This document shows, in pieces, positions 12,101-23,779 of a DNA stretch of 64,000 nucleotides. The notes under the pieces were generated by a model. That model saw nothing but the letters and a program-made list of their open reading frames with translations, was not told the origin of the DNA and ran no database searches. Within the stretch, counting starts at the first letter, position 1. Each line of letters opens with the position of its first letter. Source of the DNA: Ranitomeya imitator (lineage: Eukaryota); the NCBI RefSeq assembly GCF_032444005.1, contig NC_091286.1:375286001-375350000 (forward strand), written 5' to 3'. The translations under genes and the position numbers were made by a program.

Positions 12101-14858
12101 AGAAATTCCTGGGCTTTGCTAATTTTTATCGTCGCTTCATCTGTAATTTTTCTAGCATTGCCAGACCATTGACCGATTTGACCAAGAAGGGTGCTGATTT
12201 GGTTAATTGGTCTTCTGCTGCCGTGGAAGCTTTTCAGGAGTTGAAGCGTCGTTTTTGCTGTGCCCCTGTGTTGTGTCAACTTGATGTTTCTCTTCCGTTC
12301 CAGGTCGAGGTTGATGCTTCTGAGATTGGTGCAGGGGCGGTTTTGTCACAGAGAGGTTCTGGTTGCTCAGTGTTCAAACCATGTGCTTTCTTTTCCAGGA
12401 AATTTTCTGCTGCTGAGCGTAATTATGATGTGGGCAACCGAGAGTTGCTGGCCATGAAGTGGGCATTCGAGGAGTGGCGTCATTGGCTTGAGGGTGCTAA
12501 GCATCGCGTGGTGGTATTGACTGATCATAAGAACTTGACTTATCTCGAGTCTGCCAAGCGCTTGAATCCTAGACAGGCCCGTTGGTCGTTATTTTTTGCT
12601 CGTTTTGATTTTGTGATTTCATACCTTCCGGGCTCTAAAAATGTGAAGGCGGATGCTCTGTCTAGGAGTTTTGTGCCCGACTCTCCGGGGTTATCTGAGC
12701 CGGCGAGTATCCTCAAGGAAGGAGTCATTGTGTCTGCCATCTCCCCTGATTTGCGGAGAGTGTTGCAGAAATTTCAGGCTAATAAACCTGATCGTTGTCC
12801 GGCCGAGAAACTGTTCGTCCCTGATAGGTGGACTAGTAAAGTTATCTCTGAACTTCATTGTTCGGTGCTGGCCGGTCATCCAGGAATCTTTGGTACCAGG
12901 GAGTTGGTTGCTAGATCCTTCTGGTGGCCATCTCTGTCACGGGATGTGCGTGCTTTTGTGCAGTCCTGTGGAATTTGTGCTAGGGCTAAGCCCTGCTGTT
13001 CACGTGCCAGTGGGTTGCTTTTGCCCTTGCCGGTCCCGAAGAGGCCTTGGACACATATTTCGATGGATTTCATTTCTGACCTTCCCGTTTCTCAAAAGAT
13101 GTCGGTCATTTGGGTGGTCTGTGATCGCTTTTCTAAAATGGTCCATCTGGTGCCCTTGGTTAAATTGCCTTCCTCCTCTGATTTGGTGCCTTTGTTCTTC
13201 CAGCATGTGGTTCGTTTACATGGCATTCCTGAGAATATTGTTTCTGACAGAGGTTCCCAGTTTGTCTCGAGGTTCTGGCGAGCCTTTTGTGGTAGGATGG
13301 GCATTGACCTATCTTTCTCCTCAGCCTTCCATCCTCAGACTAATGGCCAGACCGAACGAACCAATCAGACCTTGGAAACATATCTGAGATGTTTTGTTTC
13401 CGCTGACCAGGATGATTGGGTGTCATTTTTGCCGTTGGCTGAGTTCGCCCTTAATAATCGGGCCAGCTCGGCTACCTTGGTCTCTCCATTTTTCTGCAAT
13501 TCTGGGTTCCATCCTCGTTTCTCTTCAGGACAGGTTGAGTCTTCGGACTGTCCTGGTGTGGATTCTGTGGTGGACAGGTTGCAGCAGATCTGGACTCAGG
13601 TAGTGGACAATTTGACCTTGTCCCAGGAGAAGGCTCAGCTTTTCGCTAATCGCAGACGCCGTGTGGGACCCCGACTTCGTGTTGGGGATTTGGTTTGGTT
13701 ATCTTCTCGTCATATTCCTATGAAGGTTTCCTCTCCTAAATTTAAACCTCGTTTTATTGGTCCGTATAGGATTTCTGAGATTCTCAATCCGGTGTCTTTT
13801 CGTCTGACCCTCCCAGACTCCTTTTCCATACATAATGTATTCCATAGGTCGTTGTTGAGGAGATACGTGGCACCTATGGTTCCATCTGTGGAGCCTCCTG
13901 CCCCTGTTTTGGTGGAGGGGGAATTGGAGTATATTGTGGAGAAGATTTTGGATTCTCGTGTCTCTAGACGGAAACTCCAGTATCTGGTCAAATGGAAGGG
14001 TTATGCTCAGGAAGATAATTCCTGGGTTTTTGCCTCTGATGTCCATGCCCCAGATCTTGTTCGTGCCTTTCATGTGGCTCATCCTGGTCGGCCTGGGGGT
14101 TCTGGTGAGGGTTCGGTGACCCCTCCTCAAGGGGGGGGTACTGTTGTGAATTCTGTGGCTGAGTTCACTTCTGTGGTCACAAGTGGTATTGCAGTCTCTG
14201 GGCTTCCTCCCTCAGGTGTTTTGGTGAGCTCGTTGGCTGCCTTGCTATTTAGCTCCACCTGAGTCTGTCTTCCTTGCTCCTTGTCAATGTTCCAGTGTTG
14301 GATCTGAGCTACTGCATCTTTCCTTGGGCCTGCTGCTCTGCTAGATAAGTGCTTCTAGTTTGTTTTCTGTTTTTTTCTGTCCAGCTTGCGGGGTGCACCG
14401 CCGTGCTGTTAGTTCGGCACGGTGGGTCTTTTTGCCCCTTTGCGTGGTTTTCGTTTTAGGGTTTTTTGTAGACTGCATAGTTCTCTTTGCTATCCTCGCT
14501 CTGTCTAGAATATCGGGCCTCACTTTGCTGAATCTATTTCATTCCTACGTTTGTCTTTTCATCTTGCTAACAGTCATTATATGTGGGGGGCTGCCTATTC
14601 CTTTGGGGTATTTCTCTGAGGTAAGTCAGGCTTGTATTTCTATCTTCAGGCTAGTCAGCTCCTCAGGCAGTGCCGAGTTGCATAGGTAGTTGTTAGGCGC
14701 AATCCACTGCTGCTTATAGTTGTGTGAGGATAGATCAGGTACTGCAGTCTACAGAGATTCCACGTCTCAGAGCTCGTCCTATTGTTTTTGGTTATTGCCA
14801 GATCTCTGTATGTGCGCTGATTACTGCACGCTGTGTTGCCTGTTTGCCAGCCATAACA
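9200..14858 (+). mobile_element. Full-length Ty3/Gypsy chromovirus (Tf1/sushi type)
   Basis: LTRs 9200-9948 and 14142-14858 (TG...CA), PPT aaggggggggta before the 3' LTR, TSD gttgtc (9194-9199, 14859-14864). Confidence 0.97.
10081..14262 (+). CDS. Intact gag-pol polyprotein: Gag, CCHC knuckle, protease, RT, RNase H, integrase, chromodomain
   Basis: CFYCGDSTHAISNC, FVDSGA, YLDDILIF, DASEIGAGAVL, GHPG/WTHISMDF, EYIVEKILDSRVSRRKLQYLVKWKGY; ORF-track frame opens at 9814 inside the LTR, likely start is MDIQ at 10081. Confidence 0.95.
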   Translation: MDIQALCSSMDNLVVNVQKIQDTIDQKSMLEPRIPIPDLFFGDRTKFLSFRNNCKLFLALKPHSSGNPIQQVLIIISFLRGDPQDWAFSLAPGDSALSNVDAFFLALGLLYDEPNSVDQAEQNLLALCQGQDDVEVYCQKFRKWSVLTLWNESALAALFRKGLSEALKDVMVGLSMPAGLNESMSLAIQIGRRLRERKSVHHLAVLPESKPEPMQCDRTMTKVERQEHRRLNRLCFYCGDSTHAISNCPKRTRRFDSSAVIGTVQSKFLLSITLMCSLSSYSVMAFVDSGAALNLMDLDYAKRCGFFLEPLRCPIPLRGIDATPLAKNKPQYWAQLTMCMAPAHQEVIRFLVLHNLHDVVVLGLPWLQTHNPVLDWNSMSVTSWGCQGVHGDVPFLSISSSIPSDIPEFLSDFQDVFEESKSDALPPHRNCDCAIDLIPGSKFPKGRLFNLSVPEHTAMRSYVKESLEKGHIRPSSSPLGAGFFFVAKKDGSLRPCIDYRLLNKITVKFQYPLPLISDLFARIKGASWFTKIDLRGAYNLVRIRQGDEWKTAFNTPEGHFEYLVMPFGLANAPSVFQSFMHDIFREYLDKFLIVYLDDILIFSDDWESHVKQVRMVFQVLRANSLFVKGSKCLFGVQKVSFLGFIFSPSTIEMDPVKVQAIQDWTQPTSLKSLQKFLGFANFYRRFICNFSSIARPLTDLTKKGADLVNWSSAAVEAFQELKRRFCCAPVLCQLDVSLPFQVEVDASEIGAGAVLSQRGSGCSVFKPCAFFSRKFSAAERNYDVGNRELLAMKWAFEEWRHWLEGAKHRVVVLTDHKNLTYLESAKRLNPRQARWSLFFARFDFVISYLPGSKNVKADALSRSFVPDSPGLSEPASILKEGVIVSAISPDLRRVLQKFQANKPDRCPAEKLFVPDRWTSKVISELHCSVLAGHPGIFGTRELVARSFWWPSLSRDVRAFVQSCGICARAKPCCSRASGLLLPLPVPKRPWTHISMDFISDLPVSQKMSVIWVVCDRFSKMVHLVPLVKLPSSSDLVPLFFQHVVRLHGIPENIVSDRGSQFVSRFWRAFCGRMGIDLSFSSAFHPQTNGQTERTNQTLETYLRCFVSADQDDWVSFLPLAEFALNNRASSATLVSPFFCNSGFHPRFSSGQVESSDCPGVDSVVDRLQQIWTQVVDNLTLSQEKAQLFANRRRRVGPRLRVGDLVWLSSRHIPMKVSSPKFKPRFIGPYRISEILNPVSFRLTLPDSFSIHNVFHRSLLRRYVAPMVPSVEPPAPVLVEGELEYIVEKILDSRVSRRKLQYLVKWKGYAQEDNSWVFASDVHAPDLVRAFHVAHPGRPGGSGEGSVTPPQGGGTVVNSVAEFTSVVTSGIAVSGLPPSGVLVSSLAALLFSST

Positions 14859-17800
14859 GTTGTCTCTATTCAACTGCTGATAATACTATTGTCTTTGCTT
14901 TGCTCTGTTGCTTCAATGCAGGTGTTTTCACTTCCTCTTTTGGTCTATCCTATTTCATCTTTGGAGGGACTATGTATACTCACCATGAACCTGTAGTCTT
15001 TGCTGGCTATATTCCAAGGTTGATGCTGGAGATTCAGCATCTCAGTTAAGGATGATCTTGTCTGTCTAATCTCTGTTGTATTTCCAACAGTTTTTTTGTG
15101 TGTCTTTAATTTTAGGGTCTTTGAAGTTTTTCACATATTCCATTTGTTGTTCGGCTCTTATTATTTTATTCCGTCTTTCCTGTGTGACTGTATGAACACA
15201 TACTTAGCCCCGCTTCTCACTCTCTGCTTGTGTTCACTACTTTCTGCTATTGTTTTTTAGTACACCCTGTATGCAGTTTTGGATTCAGTTAAGGACACTC
15301 AGGGTCAGCTGACGTTAACTTGGAGCGCCATTGCGTAATCTTAGGGTACCAACCTCTGCAGTCAGGCAGAGACAGGCTAAAGATTGCCTAGTCTGAATAG
15401 GAGCCTGTGGTTTGCAACTTTAAGATCTCCCCTGGTTTGTACATAACCCATGTGAGTGTGCTTATACAGTCATAGCAACTGTATAATAACCTAGCCATGC
15501 TTTCAAATAAGTCAATGTTTTATGGCTATAGACGTATACTAACAAATTGCTACATCTTAGATAAATAACCCATAAATTAGTAAACTATTTTGTTCTAAGG
15601 ACCAGATACATTGGCCCCAAATCACGAAGACCGGTGTGAACAATGGGTTGTGCTAGAGTCAGAAGTGTCTAATTCATGAAGCAATGCATGCCTCTAAATG
15701 GATCAGGCATGTCTGAAAAGTGGCATTCTTCTCCATGTTGCTCACCATAAATTGTACTCTTGTTGCATCAAGCCTCCAGTTAGCCCCTGTCCTGCCCGAG
15801 ATAAACACATTTTAATGGAATTGGAAGAAGCCAAGGTTAAAACTCCCAAATATGCCAAATTTCTGCACAACTCCGTGATGCGCAAACATTTTGAAACTTT
15901 CAAAGAAATTTGCCTCTGTATTCCATCTTCATCACTTTGATAAATTGGAGCCATTGTTTTGGGGGTTGCATCACAACCTGCCGGCCTCCTGAAACAGTGA
16001 CCCTGCCTTTTGTGACCCCTCTCTACCACAGTCACCCCGCCAGGTAAGCTATGGTTAAAAGGGAATATATGATGCGCCACCATTTTATTTAAACTTTTTT
16101 TTCCTATTTGAGGTGCATCTTTTAATCTGCTAAATACATAGTGTTGCAGCATAACGTATTGGCAGTTTATGTCCACTTATGCGTAGCTGTGCAGTCATTT
16201 TGGAGAACTGATGTCCAAAATTGTTGCTAACGTTGTCATCCCTTTTTGCTTTTCTATTAAGACCTTTATTCTAATCTCATACAACCTTTTATAATTGTCA
16301 TTTTGCATATTTGTTTTCATAAAGAAGTTGTCACATAGTCCCATTCAATAGAGAACTGTTAAAAGTGTAAGTTTTCTAACAAAAAAGGCAAATGAATCCT
16401 CAGATCTTTCTGTTTATTAAATTGGGATTTCACTCTGCACCAAATACTTTATATGTGGTAACTGTGTATTGCTCTGAAAGTTCATTTTTCTCTTATGAGT
16501 ATTATATTGAATTGTACATTTTTTTACTTCTGTATCCAGGAAAGAAAGAATAGACAATTATGCCATTAACACAATAAAATAGAAGCCGTGTAAAGACTGA
16601 AGGTTGATGCTTTCATTCCTAAAGTGCTTAAGCTGCAGTGAGTCATTGATGAATGAGTCTCTTAGTCTCAGAGACAGTTTATACTACCTGGATCATTGTC
16701 TTGCCTGACTGCTTGGAGTCTAAACTGAACGTTTATTACCTGAATAATCTCAAAATGTGATTTCATAGGAAGTGCAGTTTTACCAGCACTGAGGTGCTAC
16801 TATGAATTATATATAAATCATAAATGGGTGCATTTTTATTCTGTTAACAGAGAGGAATGTATACTTATAAATAGAGAAAATAAAGGTAATACTGTAAGAG
16901 AGATTGAGCTAATTTATATAGACTTGTTAAATAAGAATTATTAGTACATGAAATGTTTGAAAGAAATGCTTAGCATAATATTATGACTGCATATTCCCGG
17001 CATCATTATTGATAGATCTTAAAGTATTCACAAATGCTAGAGTTGCCAACGATTGAATTCAATTTCCTGAGACAGTGCACTGTGGAAATGAGGCATAAAT
17101 ACATATGCAATCAGTTTTAGGTGGTCATAGGGCACTAAATCCCTACTATTTCTGACTATTGGGCATAATAATAGTAGGCAAATCCTGGATAAAAATAATT
17201 GGAGACAATATTTCATTTTGAAATACATTCTATAAATCTTAGGTTCCAGAGACAGAGAGAAAAATTGCATTTAACATAAAACGATACTTGTCTGTCAAGG
17301 TTATGCAAGTGTCACTTCTCCAAACCAAAAAAAAAAAACCTGCCCCATTAGCACAACTTTCATGGTTATTTAATACATAACATTACATGGCTATTAGAAT
17401 ATCAGTTATGTCCTAAACACATTCTAGATTGAGCTGGAAAGAATGTCTTGAACACAGTCTGCTCATTTTGTAAAAATATGATTTTTAGGGGGTCAGAGGT
17501 GTCACATGCCATAACTTCTGTTCTCATAATTTTAATGAAAAGCCAAAATTGCTGTAAAGCATTAATTTTCCAAAAAAATCTGAGCTGACAAGAAAGGACC
17601 AAATTGGCTATAAAATATTGGAATGTCCAAACAGATGTCTGAACAGAGCTTTTTGGGTTGTTCTCACAAAAAAGGCAATATTCAAGTGAGGCTACTAGTG
17701 TTAAGCATTTGGATACTGCAAATATCGGGTATCGCCGATATTCGCTGTATCAGAATTCCAATACCAAGATCCGATACTTTTGCGATATCGGGAACCGGAA

Positions 17801-17869
17801 TCGGAAGTTCCTATAGTGCAATTATGCACTGTAATGAAGTGTGGGCGGTGCGGGGGCGGTGCGTGAGCG

Positions 17870-18030
17870 GAGACTGCGTGTGTGTGTGGGGCTCTGTGCG
17901 TGTGTGCCGGGGCTCTGTGCGTGTGTGCCGGGGCTCTGTGCGGGCTGCCGTGGCTTTGTGCGGGCTGCTGTGGCTCTGTGTGGGCAGCCGTGGCTCTGTG
18001 CGTGTGTGCCGGGGCTCTCTGCGTGTGTGC
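17870..18030. repeat. GC-rich 20-bp-type repeats (gtgtgccggggctctgtgc), mirrored at about 28660-28960
   Basis: Visible tandem units; source of the many low-complexity overlapping ORFs. Confidence 0.75.
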
Positions 18031-18221
18031 AGGCATCGTCCGATGGGACTACAAGTCCCATCGGACGATGCCTGCTACACTGACAGTGATTGACACATTA
18101 GCCAATGATGGGACAGTAGTAGTCCCATCATCCGGCTAATGTGTTGAATGAAAAAAAAAAAAAAAACTCCATCCATACTCCAAACATACTCCATACATAC
18201 TCCATACTACATACATACATA

Positions 18222-18446
18222 CAGTACAGACCAAAAGTTTGGACACACCTTCTCATTTAAAGATTTTTCTGTATTTTCATGACTATGAAAATTGTAAATT
18301 CACACTGAAGGCATCAAAACTATGAATTAACACATGTGGAAATATATACTTAACAAAAAAGTTTGAAACAACTGAAAATATGTCTTTATATATTCCAGGT
18401 TCTTCAAAGTAGCCACCTTTTGCTTTGATGACTGCTTTGCACACTC
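18222..18446 (+). mobile_element. Tc1 element left end, cut by the assembly gap
   Basis: TA|CAGTACAGACCAAAAGTTTGGACACACC Tc1-type TIR; absent from the mirror arm. Confidence 0.8.
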
Positions 18447-18584
18447 NNNNNNNNNNNNNNNNNNNNNNNNNNNNNNNNNNNNNNNNNNNNNNNNNNNNNN
18501 NNNNNNNNNNNNNNNNNNNNNNNNNNNNNNNNNNNNNNNNNNNNNNNNNNNNNNNNNNNNNNNNNNNNNNNNNNNNNNNNNNNN
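18447..18584. other. Assembly gap (138 N)
   Basis: Run of N. Confidence 1.
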
Positions 18585-18651
18585 TACATACTGCATACAG
18601 TACATTCATACATTACATACATGACATACATATAGACATACAGAACATTAA

Positions 18652-19888
18652 CCCCTTTCTGACCTCGGACAAGATAGTACGTCCGAGGTCAGAAGCCCCG
18701 TTTTGATGTGGGCTCCAGCGGTGAGCCCGCATCAAAGCTGGGACATGTCAGCTGTTTTGAACAGCTGACATATGCCCACAATAGCGGCAGGTGAAATCGC
18801 AATTCACCCACCACTATTAACTAGTTAAATAGCGCTGTCAATCGCTTAACCGGCGCATCCGGCTGGGCGGCCAGAAATGAGCGCATCGCTGACCCCCGTC
18901 ACATGATCGGGGGTCAGCGATGCTTCTGTATAGTAACCATAGAGGTCCTTGAGACCTCTATGGTTACTGATCCCCGGTAGCTGTGAGCGCCACCCTGTGG
19001 TCGGCGCTCATAGCACACCTGCATTTCTGCTGCATATCAGCGATCTGATAATCGCTGCTATGTAGCAGAGGCGATCGAGTTGTGCCAGCTTCAAGCCTCC
19101 TATGGAGGCTATTGAAGCATGGCAAAAGATAAAAAAAGTAAAAAAAAATGTGAAAAAAATAAAAAAATATAAAAGTTTAAATCACCCCCCTTTCGCTCCA
19201 TTCAAAATAAATCTATAAAAAAAAAATCAAACCTACACATATTTGGTATCGCCTCGTTCAGAATCGCCCCATCAATAAAAAAAGCATTAACCTGATCGCT
19301 AAACAGTGTAGCGAGAAAAAAATTAGAAACGCCAGAATTATGTTTTTTTGGTCGTCACGACATTGCATTAAAATGCAATAACGGGTGATCAAAAGAACGT
19401 ATCTGCACCAAAATGCTATCCATAAAAACGTCATCTCGGCATGCAAAAAATAAGCCCTCAACCGACCCCAGATCATGAAAAATGGAGACGCTACGAGTAT
19501 TGGAAAATGGCGCAATTTTTGTTTGTTTTTTTAGCAAAGTTTGGAATTTTTTTTCACCACTGTTAGGTGTCGATGAATTCGTACTGACCTGGAGAATCAT
19601 AATGTCAGGTCAGTTTTAGCATTTAGTGAACCTAGCAAAAAAGCCAAACAAAAAACAAGTGTGGGGCTGCATTTTTTTTGCAATTTCACCGCACTTGGAA
19701 TTTTTTTCCCATTTTCTAGTACACGACATGCTAAAACCAATGATGTCGTTCAAAAGTACAACTCTTCCCACAAAAAATAAGCCCTAACATGGCCAAATTG
19801 ATGGAAAAATAAAAAAGTTATGGCTCTGGGAAGGAGGGGAGTGAAAAACGAACACAGAAAAACGAAAAATCCCAAGGTCATGAAGGGG
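18652..19888. mobile_element. piggyBac-like non-autonomous element
   Basis: TTAA|CCCCTT...AAGGGG|TTAA; the mirror arm shows the empty TTAA site near 23177. Confidence 0.85.
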
Positions 19889-20978
19889 TTAAACATAGAT
19901 TACATACTCACCATTACTTGTCATTTTGATCCCCGAACTAGTGTCAACCTGTAAAAAATATGAAAAAAATAAACAACCAATATACTCCCTGTCCGCAGAA
20001 ATCCACTAGTGTCCCACGACGATCTCCCGTGGAGAGCAGCAGCATCAGATGATGCGACTGCTCTCCAGGGGCTCCAGAAACACAATGACGGGAGGAAGGT
20101 ATTCCTCCGCTGCTGTAAAAAAATAGTCCCTAGTCTGACTTATGGCATTGCTGGGTGAGACATTTTCCCATGCAGCAATTGCCATAAAGTAAGACTTGAA
20201 CTTTAGTAACTTCAGTGATGCACTGCAGGAGCCATTGTCTCCTGTCAGTGTGTCACTGAGAGTCCTATAGAGCAGTGACATCACCCGATGTCACTGTTCT
20301 ATAGGGAAGATCGTCGTGGGACACTCGGTATTAATTGGACTATGGCGGGCAGGTAGTATACGGTTTATTATTTTACGTTTTTTGCAGGTGCTGAAGTATG
20401 GTAAGTATGGTTAAATGAAGAATATTAAAATACTTTTTTCCTAATGTGTGCGTGTTTTATTAACCCTTTCTTACTATTGGATTAATAATGGATAGGCGTC
20501 TTATTGACGCCTCTCCATTATTAACCCGGCTTAATGTCACCTTACAATAGCAAGGTGACATTAACCCCTTATTACCCCATATCCCACCACTACACGGGAG
20601 TGGGAAGAGAGGGGCTAAGTGCCGGAATTGGCGCATCTTACAGATGCGCCATTTCTGGGGAGACGGCGGACTGGTATTTGTAGCTGAGGGGGGCCAATAA
20701 CCATTGCCCCTCTCTAGGCTATGAATATCAGCCCGCAGCTGTCTGCGTAGCCTTCCTGGCTATAAAATATAAGGGGACCCCACGTCATTTTTTGGGGGGT
20801 CCCGCTATTTTAATAGCCAGTAAAGGCTATGCAGACAGCTGCTGGCTGATATTCATAGCAGGCTACAAATATTGGCCCCCGGCCGTCGGCTTTCCCCCTC
20901 TGGCGCAAAAAATTGCGCAGGAGCCCACGCCATTTTTTTCTGTTTTTTTCTTTTTTTTTTAAATTCAACGCTCATAAA

Positions 20979-22102
20979 GGTCTCTTTCACACTTGAGTCG
21001 GTACAGGACCGTTGCTATGCGTCAGGCCGACGTACTGACGCATGTTGTGAAATTTGTGCACAACATGGGCAGCGGATGCAGTTTTTAAACGCATGCGCTG
21101 CCCATTCTGAAGTCCAAGGAGGAGGGGGCGGAGTTTCTGCCACGCATGCACGGTAGAAAATGGCAGATGCAACGAACAAAAAAAGTTCACTTGAACGTTT
21201 TTTCGTGCCGACGGTCCACCAAAACACGACATGCAGTTTTTGGTGCGGTTTTTGATGCTGTTTTTGGTGCAGTTTTTGGTGCAGGTTTTGGTGCATGTGT
21301 TGGTATAGTTTTTGTGCGGTTTTTGATGCTGTTTTTGATGCTGTTTTTGATGCAGTTTAGTTTCCGTTTCTTGCGTGGCTTTGATGCAGTTTTTGGAAGT
21401 AAATAAATAAATAAACGGAAAATGTGCATGATTTGAATGAAAACATGCATGAAAAAACGGATTTGGAGGCCGGATTCATCATTTCACATCTGAGTTTCAT
21501 CCGTTTTTTGCTGGATCCATCGCTGTGCGCTTTTTCGCCGGACAGAGAAACCGTTCCTCTGTATGTGTTTTCCGGCGGAAACAGCTTTTTTGACTGATAC
21601 TGAAAAAAACGGATGAAACGTGTGTCCATCAGGCGCAATCCGGCGCTAATACAACTCTATCAGAAAAAAATGGAACTGGCGAAAAAACGGATCCGGTGGA
21701 AAAAAAACGATTTGGTGGAAAAAAAACGGATCCGGTGGAAAAAAACGGTTCCTGCAAATGTGCTCCCAGGATTTGTTTTTTACCCATAAACGTGTATTAG
21801 CGACGGATCGCGACGGATGGCCACACGTCGCGTCTGTCGTGCAACGGATCCGTCGTGCTTTGGCGGACCGTCGGCACGAAAAAACGTTCAAGTGAACTTT
21901 TATGTCAGCCGCGTCCGCCCTTTTCGACCGCACATGCGTGGCAGATACTCTGCCCCCTCCTCCCCGGACTTCAGAATGGGCAGCAGATGCATTGAAAAAC
22001 TGCATCCGCTGCCCAAGTTGTGCACAAATTTCGCAGCGTGCGTCGGTACGTCGGCCCGATGCATAGCGACGGACCGGTACCGACGCAAGTGTGAAAGAGG
22101 CC
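20979..22102. mobile_element. Inner palindromic module of PIF/Harbinger-MITE type
   Basis: TIRs ggtctctttcacacttg / caagtgtgaaagaggcc; centre carries 12-bp gtttttggtgca repeats and ggatccggtggaaaaaaaac repeats. Confidence 0.6.
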
Positions 22103-23209
22103 TTTATGAGCGTTGAATTTTTTTTTAAAAATTGAAAAATCGGCGTGGGCTCCCACGCACTTTTCTGCGCCAGAGGGGGAAAGCCGACGGCCGGGGGCCA
22201 ATATTTGTAGCCTGCTATGAAAATCAGCCCGCAGCTGTCTGCGTAGCCTTTACTGGCTATTAAAATAGGGGGACCCCAAAAAGAATGACGTGGGGTCTCC
22301 CTACATTTTATAGCCAGAAAGGCCACGCAGACAACTGCAGGCTGATATTCATAGTCTAAAGAGGGGCCATGGATATTGGCCCCCCGGCTACAAATACCAG
22401 TCCGCAGCCACCCCAGAAATGGCACATCTGTAAGATGCGCCAATTACGGCACTTAGCCCCTCTCTTCCCACTCCCGTGTAGCGGTGAGATGTGGGGTAAT
22501 AAGGTGTTAATGTCACCTTGCTATTGTAATGTGACATTAAGCCGGGTTAATAACGGAGAGGCATCAATAAGACGCCTATCCATTATTAATCCAATAGTAA
22601 GAAAGGGTTAATAAAACATGCACACATTAGGAAAAAAGTATTTTAATATTCTTCATTTAACCATACTTACCATACTTCAGCGCCTGCAAAAAACGTAAAA
22701 TAATAAACCGTATACTACCTGTCTGACGTAGTCCAATTAATAACGAGTGTCCCACGACAATCTCCCCTATAGGACAGTGACATTGGGTGATGTCACTGCT
22801 CTATGGGACCCTCAGTGACACACTGACAGGAGACAATGGCTCCTGCAGTGCCTCACTGAGGTTACTATAGTTCAAAGTCTCACTTTATAGCAATTGCTGC
22901 GTGGGAAAATTTCTCACACAGCAATGCCATAAGTCAGACTAGGGACTATTTCTTTACAGCAGTGGAGGAATACCTTCCTCCTGTCATTGTCTTTCTGGGG
23001 CCCCTGGAGAACGGTCGCAACAGCTGTTGCTGCTGTTCTCCACGGGAGATCGTCGTGGGACACTCGTGGATTTCTGCAGACAGGGAGTATATTGGTTGTT
23101 TGTTATTTTAATCTTTTTTACAGGTTGACACTGGCTTCGGGGAGCAAAGTGACAAGTAATGGTGAGTATGAACTCTATGTTTAATGTACTGTATGTCTAT
23201 ATGTATGTA

Positions 23210-23281
23210 TTGTATGGAGTATGTATGGAGTATGTATGGAGTATGTATGGAGTATGTATGGAGTATGTATGGAGTATGTAT
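23210..23281. repeat. 11-bp tandem repeat (GTATGGAGTAT)n
   Basis: Visible; mirrored near 18165-18210; insertion site of the Gmr1-like element. Confidence 0.85.
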
Positions 23282-23740
23282 TGTAAGACTCATGCTGGTG
23301 TGGTAGTTGGAGGCAGGTATATCTCACCCAGGTGTTTGTCCTATGTGAATTAGGCCATTCAGTATCTTCAGGGTGCTAATGAGTTAATAAGTGCAGGAAT
23401 AAAACATGACCAGCTGGGGCTTTCCAGCGTCAGCCTGGGGCACACAGATTGCCTGTCTGTGTGAGACAAACGTGAGTGAAGAGCTGTGCTCAAGATATGT
23501 GTGATGTTAGCTGGGTGGGAGAAGCCCCCCAGTTGTTGAGATAGCAACGTATTTGTTTAGTTAGTGCCGGACAGGCTAGGATTTATTTTTATGTTTTGTT
23601 TTGTTCATGTTGCTTTCACGTTAATAAATCTGACCTGAGGTCAGCCTGCTCAGAAACCTGCTGTACGCCTCAGATTCAATGCACAAACCACGTGACCTTT
23701 GACCCCAGCAAAGGCGATCCCAGAGTGTTTTGTCACATTG

Positions 23741-23758
23741 TGGTGGAGAACGCGGGCA
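23741..23758 (+). other. Primer-binding site complementary to the tRNA-Ala 3' end
   Basis: tggtggagaacgcgggca vs vertebrate tRNA-Ala complement TGGTGGAGAATGCGGGCA. Confidence 0.8.
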
Positions 23759-23779
23759 TACCGTGGCACAGGCGACAGC

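Noticed and set aside
15698-16176. Overlapping 80-aa and 144-aa ORFs in non-repetitive DNA
   Set aside because: No recognisable motif or splice support; cannot be called without a homology search
16541-16638. Exon-like segment with a good acceptor and GTGAGT donor
   Set aside because: Stops in all three frames; no coding support
17623-18139. Stack of Cys/Ala/Gly-rich overlapping ORFs (also 28561-29078 and 20872-21638)
   Set aside because: Translations of simple tandem repeats within the hAT element
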